From Chrysomallon squamiferum (lineage: Eukaryota; Animalia; Mollusca), in contig CM022670.1 of the NCBI GenBank assembly GCA_012295275.1, positions 37,262,001 to 37,326,000 of the forward strand: a stretch of 64,000 nt of DNA. Reading direction: 5' to 3'. How positions within the stretch are numbered: the first letter of the stretch is position 1; each line of letters begins with the position of its first letter. The notes beneath the pieces are model-generated. The model searched no databases. It saw nothing but the letters and a program-made list of their open reading frames with translations, and was not told where the DNA came from. Made by a program: the position numbers and the translations under genes. This document shows, piece after piece, positions 1-15,600 of this stretch.

Positions 1-220
1 TACAATACATATTACAGCAGTACGTAAACACGTACTTATACCAATACTTCAATGCTGTAATATGCTTTAGATAATTTAAACACTTTTATTCAGGTCTAAG
101 CTCTATTCGTGTTAAATAAAGTATTCCACGAGTAAAACTAAAACAAATATAAGTAATTTCTGTGCATTAGCCGATTTCCAACTGTATGAATTTCCAGTTC
201 TATAAATTTATATTCAGAAC

Positions 221-264
<44 letters not shown>

Positions 265-834
265 CATTTTTAAATTATGTTATTAAATATTTAGTTTATT
301 ATTATTTTGTAAATTATACATTTTTCACTTACTGAATACATTTGTGTTTATATAAAAATCTTTGTGTGCTGCAGTGTTATTATACAATCAATTATTTTTT
401 TTTTTAAATTATAAAACAAAACTACTTGTAAATAAATACTTTGATAAACAAGATAAACTACATTTACAACTTCCTATTTCAAAGTTTGTCAGGAAAGTAA
501 AAAAAGAACTGGAACTGTTGTATTTGAATGTTAATTAATTACAAATACATGTATCAATTTTTATATTTTCCGAGAGAAATAACATATGTGATATTCTGAT
601 TACCAAACATTTAAACTCGAGTACACAACTGATTTTCCAGAACCAATGGTTCCAAAGCCTTTCTGGGCTATCTCTTTATGGATTATGGAAGTCACATAAC
701 AACAATAATTCAACAGAACAGCAAATATACATCTCCCATGTCACTAAGGCACTGTGCAAAACAAGAAATGTAAACACAATTTTATTTATTATTTATTTAT
801 TGTTATTGTTGTTATTGTTATTATTTCATTATCA

Positions 835-899
<65 letters not shown>

Positions 900-2713
900 T
901 GAATTTTAAATCATTATTATTTCATTAATAATTTTTGTTAATTATTGAATTTCAAAAGCCTCATCCTAGTTTTACTTGGTCTAAAAGATTCTGGATCTTC
1001 AGTGTCTGGAAAATCAGTTGTGTATCTCACTTATTAACTTAACTACTGTTTATAAGTGTTAGCCACTGAGTCAAGACTTTTAATTAATGTCTCATGGTTT
1101 AAAGCTCCACAGAATTATATTAATGATAGTACCGAAATATTCTGTATTATCTACCAAATACACTCATTAAGTAGTTCAATTATTAGTATAGATACCCATA
1201 CTGCTAAACATTCTAAGTAAGAAGTGAATTTCTTTTTGTAATGAACAGAAAGTCAAAATTCGGTGTTAAATGTTTGTTTGGTGGGTGGGATTCAGAAGTA
1301 ATATCTTAAAAATGTAAAAATGTACAAAACATGAAATGGAATTAGGAATTGTAACATTTTAATATGTGAAAAAATAGAATATTATTGAACATATATGTTG
1401 CGTAAATTATATATATATATATATATGAATGAGCAGTTGAATATGAATTGTCATGCATATCTGTTTTACAACTGTCTCATTTTTGTCAGATTCATAGTTT
1501 CATACAAATAAACCTGCACATCAGAATAATGAAGGAATATATAAATCATATACTTTTTAATTGTTTGACAAACATAATATTAAAACTGTAACAGTTTTCA
1601 AATTGTATTTAATCAAAGTAATTATGTAAGGGCACCTGTATTCAGTTAATTTTTTAAATATCGACTGCTGAAAAATAATCTCACTTTCCTAATTTCACTG
1701 AAAAGAAAAATTAACTTCAAGATTTATATTAAATAAACAATCAGAGACGCTGACATTTGCAAATAAGAATGAGCAAATTTGGAAAACATTCTGATATGAT
1801 CGATGCTGAATTGAACATTCAAAATGTAAAAACCAACATTAACGACTACAGTTGACATAAATTGCAACAAATGTAAACAAAAACAAAAACAAACTGTATT
1901 AAATTGTAGTCAAAAACCTGTAATGCTTTTTATACAGGTTCTTCTTTGAAACAATGCTGCTAATTTAATAAACATAATTAGCAGCTGAATATGTTAGTAA
2001 GTGGTATTAATAAAAACTAATCAACAATCCAAGTGGTAACGTATCACATTTCTTGTTTAAACAAATCTGTCATGTGAAAAATAAGGGACTAGATGTCAAT
2101 ATAACGCATAAAAGTGATTAAAAATGGCCCAAACTAAATAAATCAGAGGTAAGGTATGTTACCAAAACTGGTAACTGAGGAATAAACAGGGATAATCAAT
2201 GACTTTCTATCATTTGGGAAGGGAAGAAAGTATTTTACTGATGAAACAAAAATGGCAATCACCTGTTTATTTACATTTACATTTAGTGAATTACTTTTAC
2301 ATTTTCATATACATTAACATTTACTTTTCTTTTCTGTTCTTTTCTTTATTTTTCTTTTCTCTAGTGTATTTAATTTTACTTTTTGTTATGTTGTTTTGGC
2401 TTTTACTTTGTACTAAATATTTAAAGGTGGGATGTACTTTGATCCAGCCAAGGCCTTCATACCTTTCTGCTGAGATCAAAAGATTATTTGGTATCCAGTA
2501 CAAGACTAGCAAGATTTTTTTTAAACACATGTTCAATACAGCTGCATGCCATGATTCCTCAATTTGTGTTTTCACTATTTGACCTCAAATGTTTATCACT
2601 TCCTGCTATTTCACATACATACAAATATATCACTGTGTAATAAAACAAATGGGATAACATGCAAATTACCCACTGCACACTTTGGCTGTTAACTGTTAAA
2701 ACAGAAACAGAAA

Positions 2714-2755
<42 letters not shown>

Positions 2756-3148
2756 GGAGTAAACACAGATACACAAAACTCTTCATGGAGCAAAACACTG
2801 ACATAATAAATAACTGTTATTACATGGGGTGAACAAGCCTTGTATGAATGCTGACTTGTAATTCTATCAAAAATAATTATAAAGTGTCAAAAACAGATAA
2901 AACACCGGTTTACCAAATGACTTAATGAAAATGTAAAAAAAAAAAAAATTTATTCAGTACATGTCTGTACAGTAACAGTGTAGTAACAATAAAAAAAAAA
3001 AAAAAGCATTATAAAACCAAATGCCCATGATTCAAAAAATAGATAGCAAACTGAAAACTGAAAATGTAATTTATATCATCATGGTTATATTTAAATGTAC
3101 AATCCATGCAACTGAGCTGAACTGTAATAATTCTAATAATAATAAAAC

Positions 3149-3206
<58 letters not shown>

Positions 3207-3591
3207 CAATATTACTATTAATAAAATATTTTGTTCTAATGCTTTATTCTAACATTATTCAGATGAAATCAATTTACAGACTGTATTCAAATAGTCTGAC
3301 TTCTATTAAGTTTGCTGAAAACAAATTCTGACAATGGCCTATTATCTATATAATTCTAAAAGACATGTATATTTAAGCATTTCATCTCCATAATAAAGAT
3401 TATGCATTAATAACTACTACTATAAATGGTCTTACTAATTTCAATTACTAATTTTAATTAATTTCAACAATATCTTGACAAATTCTACTTCAAATGCTAA
3501 GAAAAACAGCTACAGCTAAAATTGCATAGAAAACAAGATTACTTTTATAATCAATGTATTAAGCAAATATAGAGAAAATAAATCATATATT

Positions 3592-4045
3592 TTAATTTAA
3601 TTTTGTTTTTTCAGCTGTTCCATTTTGATAGAGTCTGCTTTTCAAATCTCCATCTGGTTTCACCTGCTTGTAGGTCTTCAAGTAGAAATTGGCAAACATT
3701 ATAAGGAAAACGAGTGCATAGCTTCCAATCATGTACACAAATGTCTTTGGGAAGTTGCACTCGATGAACATTAGCTGTGAGGTATGTATCACAACGCAAA
3801 TAAACTGGGTCTGAAAACAAAGAAACAAGCTTTATCACAACGCAAATAAACTGGGTCTGAAAACAAAGAAACAAGCTTATTTACACAAACAGTTAAACTG
3901 ACGTGCTGATATTACAGTGCGTCATTCCTTTTCCCGTCTTTAAAGTGTACAAATGTAAGGATATTTATGAGAAGCACGTCTTCAGTATTCAATATTTCTT
4001 AGTAATCTTTAAATATGTTACTGTTTAGTAACAGAGTATGATAAA

Positions 4046-4088
<43 letters not shown>

Positions 4089-4187
4089 TTGCTTTTATTG
4101 TAACTGTTTCTATATAAAAATTAAAATAAAAAAAAATAAAAAAATAAAAAAATAAAAATAAAAATAATAATAATAATAATGATAATA

Positions 4188-4241
<54 letters not shown>

Positions 4242-4634
4242 GGACCCAAAAATCATTATTGTTTGTATCTAGATGAATAAAAACTTAAACTGAATGTAAA
4301 TCAAATTAATTTAGGCCATTTGCATATATCCTTGAAGTCTGAAATCTACAGCAATACCTTCTGTAAAGCTAGAACACTGCATTTAAAAGGGGGAGTAACT
4401 CTACAGATGTTAGGCTCACAAATTTATTACAAAAGTTATTTATCACTAGAAAGAAGATGCTAACAATAAATAACACTACAAAATGAACACCTGAAGCAAA
4501 GTCAATATTAAACTAGTTTATCTTAACTATCAAGCTGAAATATATGCTGAAAACAAATAGAAGCTGATATTTCAGCATATTTTAACATGATTACTGAAAC
4601 TTTTAAAATGTAAATAATGAATAATTAAATTAAC

Positions 4635-4726
<92 letters not shown>

Positions 4727-7565
4727 CAAAATCTTCAAAAACAAAATTAACATAACATAAATACTTACTATCTGCATCTTGGTCATGTATTTTTTCCACC
4801 ATAAATATTTTTGATATTCTGGTCCCAAAGCAGCCAGTCCGTAGTAGGTGTACATCATGAAATGTATAAATGAGTTGAGTGTTGAATGAAACGTTCCGAG
4901 TCCACCTGAAGTGATTAACACACACATTCAACCATGTCAATGAATTAGTGGCAGTTCAAAACACTGCAGTATTAACTGACATTAGGTCTGTAACAAAAAT
5001 GGATTTGTAATGTCATTTGCTCTATGTGTATTTTCAAATTAAAAATATTCCTTGTTGCATGCATGTCTCAAGACCTTGAACTTAATGTAATGAATAATAA
5101 ATAATCATTGACTCAAGATTTTTGACTATTTTTTCTTTTCTACTTTCTACATATCGATACAAGTTACCTTCAAGTAAGAACTATACAAATGACATCTAGT
5201 AAGTAATCATATTAAGATCTGCCAACTTGAATATAAATATTTATAATATGTACAGGTTATTTTCACACCAGAAGGATGTGAATGATACCTGATTATATTA
5301 AAATGTGCACAACTGAAAATAAATATTTATATTACATAGATACATCTTATACAAGATATGTAAGCAACACCTGATAAATAGTAATGTTAGAATTTACAGA
5401 GCTGAAACTAAATATTTTTATTCAAGAAATATCTGATAAAAGTATTAAATTTGCAGAGTGGAAATGACATATTTGAACTGCATATTGACAGAAGTTATCT
5501 TTGTACAGGATGTGTAAGCACAAGCTGTAAGTATTAATATTAAAATCTGAGGAAACTAAAATATTTATATTAACAAACCTGGGACAAACTTGACTCCAAA
5601 CCACCACGACACTGGCATGATTCCATGATGAAACACATGCAGAAACGAGACCTGATTGAACTTCTTTCTCAGAATGAAGAAAATCTGAAATCTGATCAGT
5701 ATTTGTAATAATTAAATTCTTTTGCCTGTGTGTGTAAGACCAGTTGCCAAACACAAATTCAAATGAAGATAAAAATAAGGTTTTTTTTCCAGAGCTCGAG
5801 GATTTAATGCTGAATAATGCCAAGACTGTGTTGTGTAGTATCCGTTTTACTACAAAATCAGCTGTTTTTTCAATTGAAATCAGCTACTGTTTGAAATTTA
5901 ACTGGGTTTGTTTAGTGCAAACTGTACAACTGTCAATCTGAATAAACAATACATGAAACATAACCAGTAGATGCAAATTTGAAATGTACTGATATAAAAA
6001 ACATAAATAAATAATAAATAATAAATAAAAAAAAACATTCTGAATATTAAATTTATTAAATATCAAAATCAAAATTTTATTTTTTCCTTGTTTAGAATTT
6101 CTTTTCCACACATATTAAGTAATGTTTTTAATGTTAAATTATTGTACGTGAACAAAATTGTAAATGTAAAAATAGACACAGATTCTTACAGTATCAAATA
6201 ACTCCACATATTTGGTTATGTAAAATAACCAGCACACTTTAGCCATCTGTAAAAAAAGAAAAAACAAAATAAAAGTCCATTTTTGATCAACAAAATAAAA
6301 AATAACACTTAGACTTGTAGCTGAGTTATGAATACTGAAACATGCTTTTTGGAGAAAATATTAAAAGTGAAAGGAAACATGCAGTAAAAAAACTGACACT
6401 TCCAAAACATCACAACTTTGAGTCAGATCTTGTGTGATTATAAATAATGTATATGCAATACAACAACATTTTAAAAAGAAAAAAAAACAGTAATGGATTC
6501 TTAATCTGTATTTGGATTAATTAGTTACTCAAATTACTTAACTATGAGTATTGAATTACAAGGACACAAAGAAGGTGTTAATGTAATATCAACATACGAA
6601 AAAACGATTAACTGAAGCTGTAAAATTAGAAAACAGCAAGATATGTATTTTCTGCTTCATCATCTAATTTACATATCAATAATCTGTCCAATTCTTGACA
6701 ATTTCTTATACTATAGTTTTTTTTTTAACTAAACACCTGTGTATATTAAGACATAAAAAAAAGAGAGAGAGAGAACCTGTATCCAGCCTATAAGTTAAGT
6801 TTTCAAGAAATCTTTGACAGTATAAATTTTCTATTGACAGTTACCCGAATGGCTTGTGGTGAAGATGAATAATCAACTGGTTGACATCTGTAACTGTAGC
6901 CTGCCAGCCAGCCAGCATTTAAAAACTGAAATATGATTGGTCAGTTATAAGCAATAAAAAAAATAAAATCATATTTAAAAAAAATTAAATAAATATTATT
7001 TATGATACATTTGCTTACATCATAAAACTGGGTTTTTTTTCACAAAAACTATATTGATCATCCATGTTTACCACAGTTAAATTCACTTTGTTAATTTTTC
7101 AATCTGTCTTCATCTTTTTAGTTGTTTCTGTTTCATTTTTATGCCTCAAACGTTATTCAGATACTCAAAAGACTCCTGTGTATACCTCTTCTAACAAGTA
7201 TGCAGATAACAGAACCATGAAAAAGTTGTACACAAGTAAAACTTTCTTCAGTTTGAAGGGTTTCCTGTCCCGCATGAACCACGGTCCCAGCTTGACAATG
7301 ACCAAGTAGAGACACACAATAACGAAACCAGGAACAGGCGACGACATAGAAAACCAGTCAGCAACGCGAGGATCTGGAAAGAAACTCAAGTTTGTAATGC
7401 AGCAGGTAATACTGAGAAACATCATGTTGATTTTTATAATCATTAATTAGTTTCATGTTGTGTTAACTCTATGCTGATATAACCAGCTGTCTGTGTTTGT
7501 TCAGAGGTTTGCCACGTACCTGCATTCTCAAGCACTTCATCCCACTTCTTCATCAAAGATGCCAT
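3592..7565 (-). CDS. ELOVL: Elongation of very long chain fatty acids protein (ELOVL1/7-like), 7 coding exons, ~277 aa
   Basis: Exons 7565-7520, 7373-7186, 6925-6845, 6246-6190, 5684-5579, 4905-4769 and 3810-3592, all GT..AG and in phase. Translation has [37 protein letters not shown] (HxxHH box), [21 protein letters not shown] and a C-terminal KxKxx ER-retrieval signal (KTKLN). Confidence 0.95.
3787..3878. repeat. Exact 46-bp tandem duplication spanning the last ELOVL splice acceptor
   Basis: tatcacaacgcaaataaactgggtctgaaaacaaagaaacaagctt occurs at 3787-3832 and 3833-3878. Confidence 0.95.
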
Positions 7566-8890
7566 TTTGTGATTTTTTTTTTTTTTTTTTCTCAGGTTAG
7601 CCTGGTACAGATTGTCAAAACTTCATAACACTGTAAACAAAACAAAAATTTTATAAATAAATGAAAAAAAAAAAAAAAATGGAATATCTACCAAAACTTT
7701 TTCTGTAACTTATGAGAATGGAAATTCTCTGTAGAAAAAAATAAAATAGGTAAATATTTTAAGTTTTTACAAAAAATAGTGAAAAATCAGTTAAAGTGAG
7801 ACCTGTGTAATAAACAATACTATGTGTTAATTCTTTTTTTTCTTTTTTTCCCTAATTCATAATATTTTTTGCATATGAGTTATTTTTTTTCTTAGAATTA
7901 ATTATTATTTGACTAAGATTTATTTAGAAAATAATAATACTGATAGTTTCTTTTCTTTTTTTTTATCTATTTTTATTATCCATGATTTGATAAACAGAAA
8001 ATAATTTGAAAAAACTTTGATATCTGTTTTTTTATTTGATGGTGTGATAAATATGTTTCTGTTTCAATGTAAACTAACATCAGCAGTTTTGACAAGCACT
8101 GAGTTTTCAACATGCTGTCACTGGCCACACATTATCTGTCCTGAATCATAGACAGATAGAACTGATTTCATTTTACCACATTAAAAACTGAAAACAAATC
8201 ACTATACCATATATATAGTCTGAAATTTTGAACTAAAACAAGTATGTTGTACTTTTTAAGCTGAAATGATTTAAAATATTATATAATATTTACTGCTATA
8301 AACGAATGAAAAATAATAATAATTTTATTAACTTTGACATTCTAAGATTCTTTTAATGTATGTAAAACATGTTTGTTTTACAGAACTCTGCATATATTGT
8401 TTTTTAAGCTACATCCAATAAGAGAAGCAGACTGAGATTTTACAATTTCAAAAATATTGTAATTTTCTTATTTAAGATTTTTTAAATAATTTTACTACTT
8501 ATTTATTTCTTTTTAAAAAAAATTTAAAATAATCATTTGCAAAATTAAATATATAAACTGCTCCCATATTTTCTAAAACTGACAAACAAGGAGTTTTATG
8601 ACTTCTGAAACAGCCTTGATCCACAAATTAAACATTGTGAAACTGCTTGACACAAATTCCCAATTAATACTCACTTAGAAAAACAAAATATTTAGCTAAA
8701 AGTGTCATAACAGCATCATAACAATAACAGTAATGTTAAGTGATCTCTGTTCTTTATAATAACAATAATACCAACAAACACATTCTGCCTGCTAAACTTC
8801 TACAATTACTTTGTATTTAACTGGTGAATTCAAAAATTATCAGTTGGATTTTTTATATATTTTTTAATCTTATTATTTTTATTATTATTA

Positions 8891-8921
<31 letters not shown>

Positions 8922-9171
8922 CTTTATCACAGTTCAAAGATACACCTATCTGTAAACAGTGAAAACGATTAAAGGTGTATTGTAAGACACAAATAACTAC
9001 TAATACAGGTGATATGTCTGCATGAGTGGAATTTGTGGGAAAAAAAAAAAAATCATAGATGAGAGTAACTTTTCTTAAAATTGCACGAAAATAATTTTGA
9101 CACTGGTACAAAGAAATTCATGTAAATATATATGCAAAATCTAAACTTAGTCAAGTGAGTGCTTCTTGTTT

Positions 9172-9395
9172 AACTTTTGTATGTAATACTTTGTTTTACA
9201 TAGTATACAGATAAAATTGTTACTTTGTATGTATATATGTATTGTAAAATTGTTACTTTGTATGTGTATATGTATATAAAATTGTTACTTTGTATGTATA
9301 TATATATTGTAAAATTGTTACTTTGTATGTGTATATGTATTGTAAAATTGTTACTTTGTATATATGTATATAAAATTGTTACTTTGTATGTATAC
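9172..9395. repeat. Minisatellite, ~27-30 bp unit with core aaaattgttactttgtatg, ~7 copies
   Basis: Repeated core with variable (ta/tg)n linkers, read directly from the sequence. Confidence 0.85.
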
Positions 9396-9516
9396 ATATA
9401 ATTATATAAATTAAAACTGTTATTCATTATTAATGGCTCAGTAGCATATATCCATTCATTAGTCATACTTGAAATTGATTTCGAAATATGTATATGTGTG
9501 TATATTAATGTTTTGC

Positions 9517-9535
9517 ATGTATGTATGTATACATG

Positions 9536-9568
<33 letters not shown>

Positions 9569-9616
9569 GTGTGTATTTATGTATGTATGTATGTATGTAT
9601 GTATGTATTCTATGTA

Positions 9617-9682
<66 letters not shown>

Positions 9683-9696
9683 CTATGTATGTATGT
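9517..9696. repeat. Compound (TATG)n/(TG)n microsatellite
   Basis: Read directly from the sequence. Confidence 0.95.
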
Positions 9697-9781
9697 AAAG
9701 CACACTCAAACGATTAATGGTAACTAGTTGACTCGGTCAGTAAAAGCAATGAGTTGAATAGGTTTTTTTTTTTAAAGTAAT

Positions 9782-9813
<32 letters not shown>

Positions 9814-11022
9814 TAAATAATTTCATATATAAAACTGCCCTTGCCTACCTGCCTGGTTTCTAAGTGTTTCACCAAGTCAACAACCACTTCTAAATATATC
9901 TACAGTCACTGAGTCACTCAGTGATTATCGTATGATATTGATAGTTGATACGCTCCAAGTTTCACTTGCGAACAGTGGTTAAAAAATAATAATAATAAAA
10001 TAATAATAATAATAATATTAATAAATAAATAAATGCACTGCATTAATTTCTTCCCTTTGATTTTACAAAACCGAATTTAAAATTTTCTAGAAGTTGAACA
10101 TTTTTATTACGGCGCGCCATACAAAAATGTCAGTCATCCCACAGCAACGAACATCACCTGACTTTTCACGACATTAAAGTACACCGTACTAGAATACGAA
10201 GAAAGCTAAAACGAACTGACTTAGCACAAACCTGTTATAGTTCATTAACACATAATAAGTGCGTGTGAACTATGCTTAAATGTTACAGAACAACCAAACA
10301 GGAACCGGCATCCGATAAAAAAAAAAAATGTATAAATAAATAAAAAGCCTCGTGCATTAAACTAGCGAAATCCGAAGAGCATTTCTCGAAATGTAACGAA
10401 ACATTACGAATGGTTCCGATTGACAACGGAAATGGTTACCGCACAGTAATTCTTCCGACAAGAGTGTGTATGTTAGTTCACATTAACAGCAGTAACGAGT
10501 GATCATAATTTGATTTAAATTAAAATAATAATAATAATAATAATAATAATTAAAAAATTAGAAGTTAATATATTGCAGTTTGATTGTGTATATACATAAT
10601 AGCTTAATTTATTCTTTCTTTGTAAATTTATTCTAAAATTATTTCTTATAGTTTTCTTTAATAATAATAATAATAATAATTATAATAATAACGTCACAAG
10701 AACAAATATACATCCTTACCTATAGAAAAAGTAATTATATTTCAAATGACTCTATTAACACAGTCACCAAAACTGAATAACAATATCGGTTCATGTCAAG
10801 CACATTCACCTGCCATCAGGTTCAAAGGTCAAAGATAAACTATCTATCGAGTAATCCAAACACGTTCTATAAGTATACAGTGATCCACAGGCCTTCATAA
10901 CAGATTTGTATTTATTATACCATTCGTTAACAAAAATAATAATAATTAAATTATTTTTTTTAAATACTACTAATAAAAATGTATCGTTATTAAAATAATA
11001 ATAATAATAGTAATAGTAATAG

Positions 11023-11063
<41 letters not shown>

Positions 11064-11189
11064 GATATAGTCATTGTAATAGTAGTAATAATAATACCAT
11101 CATTAAATTCTTGCTTTCGTGATGACGATGATTATAAAGATAATAACAAAAATAACATTATTATTATTATTACCCAATTATTGGCTATG

Positions 11190-11300
11190 AAGGTTGTGGT
11201 ATGTGTTATGCTGTTTATCGGAAGCTGCATGTAAATGATCCCTTGCTCCTAACTGAAATAGAGTTATCTGCAGGGGTTTTCTTCTCTCATTATCTGTGTT
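11190..11300 (+). mobile_element. Degenerate copy of a dispersed SINE-like repeat
   Basis: Motif tgtggtatgtg..ctgt..gcat.taaa.gatcccttgct...tctctcattat recurs degenerately at ~42140-42225 (+) and in reverse at ~14975-15090, ~50740-50840 and ~50930-51050. Confidence 0.5.
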
Positions 11301-11356
11301 ATTTTGAACTATATATTATCTTTAGATAATCGCAAGTTAAAAACGAACGTTAAAAT

Positions 11357-11387
<31 letters not shown>

Positions 11388-12201
11388 CACTAATAACATA
11401 TTTGTTTCACTAAAAATATTTTATATTTTAAAATTAATATTTAAATTCTTTTCATGGTAACATTATTGATTTATTGTTTTAACTCAAGCGCAGTAACATA
11501 TACATAGACCTGCGATCCCCTATCAACACCGATATTAAAAAGAATGAATGAAGGAGAAAAAGGAATCTAGGAATTGCTGAGGATAGAGAATAAAACAACC
11601 AGATCAGTTCAAAGACAAAAATCACAGACCAATTCGTTTTTTATTTTATTTTATTTCATTTAATTATTTTATGTCAAATTATTATATGTGCTGCAGTTGA
11701 TAAATAGTAGTTGAATTAATCATAACCTTTTTTTTTTTTACAAAGCTCAGATTGAAAAAAAATTAAAACAATTCACAAAAGAAGAATACAAAAGCTACAC
11801 GATTTCGTTGCATAACTATACACGCGATGAGGCAACCGTTGTTTCATATATGAACGTAATGCAGGGGGGCACTGGACCGTTGACTCCAAGGCAAGAGCAA
11901 ACGCCTCCATTAGCGCAGCAAGCTGAGTTGTGGCGTAATTAACTCTTTTATCAAAACGAACCAAGCGTGTCAAGCCGTGAACTGGAGTACACAAATCTAA
12001 ATTAACAAACATTTTGTTCAGTCTTCAGTTCTAGAAGGTAAGCCCTTCTCTCGGCGTCTTAAAACTTGGGACGATTTTTGCATCAGACTGCAAACAGTTC
12101 TGTCCAGTTTTGCGTGAAGCTTTTGTGTGATGACTACGTTCTGAGGCTAAAAAAAAGAAAAGAAAGGAAAGCATAAAACGAGATCGCTTTTCTCAGCTAG
12201 G

Positions 12202-12608
12202 ATGAGTAGCCGGGGCAAAAGCAACAGTGTGAAAAAATGTGCTTCACGCTCGGGAGGCGAGGATACCAAAGCAAAATGGAGTTCGTTCACTTACTCCTTG
12301 GAGAACCTGGTCGAGCATTTCGCTCTTCCTCAGGTCGTGCGCTGCAACATCCAGTCGCTGTTCACGAAGCATCGCAGTCCCCTGCCCGTCAACCTCGGCC
12401 AGCCGATGCTGCTGTTTGACACCCGCTCCGTGTGCAAGCTCCTCGCTAGAAACGTGTTGTGGAACCGAGCTGCTCGAAGATATGGGGAGACGGAAGAAAC
12501 CATTGTCATCCCTGAAGACTACGAAGGTAAAATTTTTAGATGTGTTAGTGTTTAGTATTTAGTTTGAAAACGTGGCTGAGCTTGATCAATGGTTATTTGG
12601 TTATTTTG

Positions 12609-12687
<79 letters not shown>

Positions 12688-15600
12688 TTTACAAACGGGT
12701 TTGAAGCATTATTCTCCCTTCGCAAAACTCAGCAATGCCACTCACAGGATTATGATGTAATTTCGCTTAGCCTGCATTGCCCGTACTTTTGAAAGAAACA
12801 CCGACAACGAACCAGGGTCAAGATGTATATATGACGTAATGTCTTGTATTTGTACACTTCAAGTCCATGAATATACCTTGAGATGAGAAATAAGAAATAT
12901 CCAATCTCATAACTATCTAATAACCAAGTTATGTCAGATACAGTTATTTAAAGGCTCAACCATGTTATTTTTAATTTGTTTGTACCCGCATACATATAAA
13001 TGAAACAATAATAATTTAAAAAAAACACCAAAGAACAACAACAAAAAACCTACAGAATAGAAAATATTAACACCTAATCAGTTAGTTACAAATATTAAAT
13101 ATAGAAGTGAAGAATCTTCCTCTGAAAGGTGTTAAACTATACCATAAATATGACGAATTCATTTTTTTATATATAATTAAATAAGATACATATAACATGA
13201 AAGTGAAAAACTGTAAAAATAGCAAATGCGTTTATGTTTAAATTTGTCTCCGATCTAAACTGAGATCCATGCAATGATAAAGTTGAATGGATACTTAGAG
13301 TTCAAATATAGGACAGAAAAACGAAATCATTATTTAATATTTTAGTTATTTGATTATTATCACAAGAAGACAATACTTTTGTCATATCACTGACATGCCA
13401 GATTTAAATTCAACTTGAATTGAACAGACAATGTTTAATGAACCCTGGATTTTAAAGTAATATATGTGAAAAGCAAAATGTGTACGACTAGAAAGCAAAA
13501 AAAATGAGTAAATAGTCAAGGTTTTCCTATTTCTTCCCTATAATAATATACTGTCTCTTTTACACTCTACGGTTTAACTATATGAAAGGAAAAGGGGAGA
13601 AAAAATATTAAAGAATTCTTGTTTATTCATCCTTAACTCTTTGTCAGTATTCAGAAGAGTAATGAAGTTAGAATACTGTATTGACTCACATACACAAATG
13701 TAGCGAAATAAAGGGCGTTTTCTATCTTGCCATAACTAACCAACGATGCATTACGTTCGTGATGATATATCCCTTGAAATATATGTCGAAAGCTTCAAAA
13801 AAAAAAAAAAAAAAAATTCATTGACATGGTGAAAAAGTTATCTTCTTTTCTTCTATTGCATAAACCAAATGGATATTTAGAGAGACATTAAAATACCACT
13901 GTGATTTTAAAATAACTGACATGGGGGAAATAAAAAGATGTGATTGTCAGAAAGAAGAAACAGCAAAATAATATTTCTAAACGCTACAAATTTGAAGTAC
14001 CCAGCAGAAACAGTCAACTAAATTGGTATGGGACTAACAAATGATACAAAAGATCGATATGCTTCTACTTTTTCAAGGAAGGTAACTGATAAATGCTGAT
14101 AAAATTTCTCTTGCTTCTAATATAAAACATGCGTTTATCATTCATCCATATGAAATAAATTTATAATTTTAACGCAGGTTACTAATCTTTTGGGAATGAG
14201 GTGGTAATATACAGTCTTTTTTTCTCTCTCTCTCTCTCTCTCTCTTTTTTTTCAACCGATGTAATACAAACGACATAAGACATTTTGCTGCTATTTTGAT
14301 ATACGCGTCACGAAACTGCTTTGGCGTGTGATTTACAACTTATAGGGCGATCTACAAGTAAAAAAAGAGCAAATCTAACATATTTCTATATCACGCGAAA
14401 GGATAATTATTATATTCCTTTAACATGTCGGTTCATAGCAGGCAGGTAAAGTAATACAACAGATTAGACCTAGCTTGGATCGGAAATGAATTAAACAGGC
14501 AAAACCCTTAAGAAGATGGCTAAAGATTTTTACAACGTGAACAGCGACGACACGAAGGCAGTTGCATTTTGGGAAGAAATGGCCTTGGAATGAACCAAAG
14601 AACCTTCCAACTACACCTTGATGATTTCTGTTGGCTGCAAATGAGGAAGAATGCTGAAGAACTTTTTCTTGCATTTCTAGCAGATGTTTGCTCAATTCAT
14701 CAATAAAATTATTCAAATTATAAAAATATAATCAAAGGAAAATTTCGTTCATTTATGCCGTTAAAAAATAATTTTTAAATATCCCAAGAATAAACAAAAT
14801 GATAATTAAAATAAGTGCGAAGAACAAACACCAAAACATAATCTGCTCGGCGTAGATCACACGCCAAAGTAGCATCGACATTTTAATATTAACAGTTATT
14901 AGTAACACATGATTTTTTGTATTAAAATCATATAATAACAATCCCGCCAGTTCATCAATTATCAGTGTGGACTAATTTCTGTGTGCTTTCCACAGACAGG
15001 ATGGTATAACTGTATTCAGGTCTTTGGTGCACTAGTTGTAACAACAAGGGAAACAGTCCACTGAGCGAACCGAAAAGATTCGATCCAGGCATTCATCATG
15101 CCAAAGATGAGCACTATAATCACTTAATTAAACCTTTTCCCACAGCACATTTTTCTGAATACCTCATTTTGAGTCTGTTTTATCTACCTTCTGATTGTAT
15201 ATGTAAAACGAAATAAACTGAAATTAAAAAAAAAAAAAAAAAAAAGAAATATATAGATAGATTTTTTTTTTTTTTAAATATATATTTTAACAAAATAAAA
15301 TAATAAAATAAATAAACAAATAAACAAATAAAAATGAATATTAAATAAAGGGGAGGGGAAAATAGAAGAGAAAGAAAGGAAACACAAATGTAAAGCTTAC
15401 TGGATTAATATAAATACCTTAATACCACCCGATTACAACTGTTTGTACAAGTATTAAGAATAATTAAATTTGTTTCTTCTTTAATTAGCACGAGAAGCGC
15501 ATATCTTTATAACACCACTAATTTCCATTTCCATGACATGGTATGAGGGCAATACTTGATTATCTTGCACACATGACAGAAATTATCTTACACGTATAAC

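Noticed and set aside
2199-2804. ORFs downstream of the ELOVL stop
   Set aside because: AT-rich low-complexity translations with no splice-consistent model; probably 3' UTR or intergenic.
3009-3221. Poly-Ile/Asn/Tyr ORFs (also 4572-4940 in part, 11028, 12572, 12589, 16190, 28955, 57463)
   Set aside because: These are translations of (AAT)n/(ATT)n microsatellites, not genes.
9170-9727. ORFs over regularly spaced repeats that look superficially CRISPR-like
   Set aside because: The spacers are not unique, there are no cas genes, and the context is eukaryotic; these are a minisatellite and microsatellites.
14420-14716. 98-aa minus-strand ORF in the CABIT intron
   Set aside because: Non-ATG start, no motif and no linked exons found.
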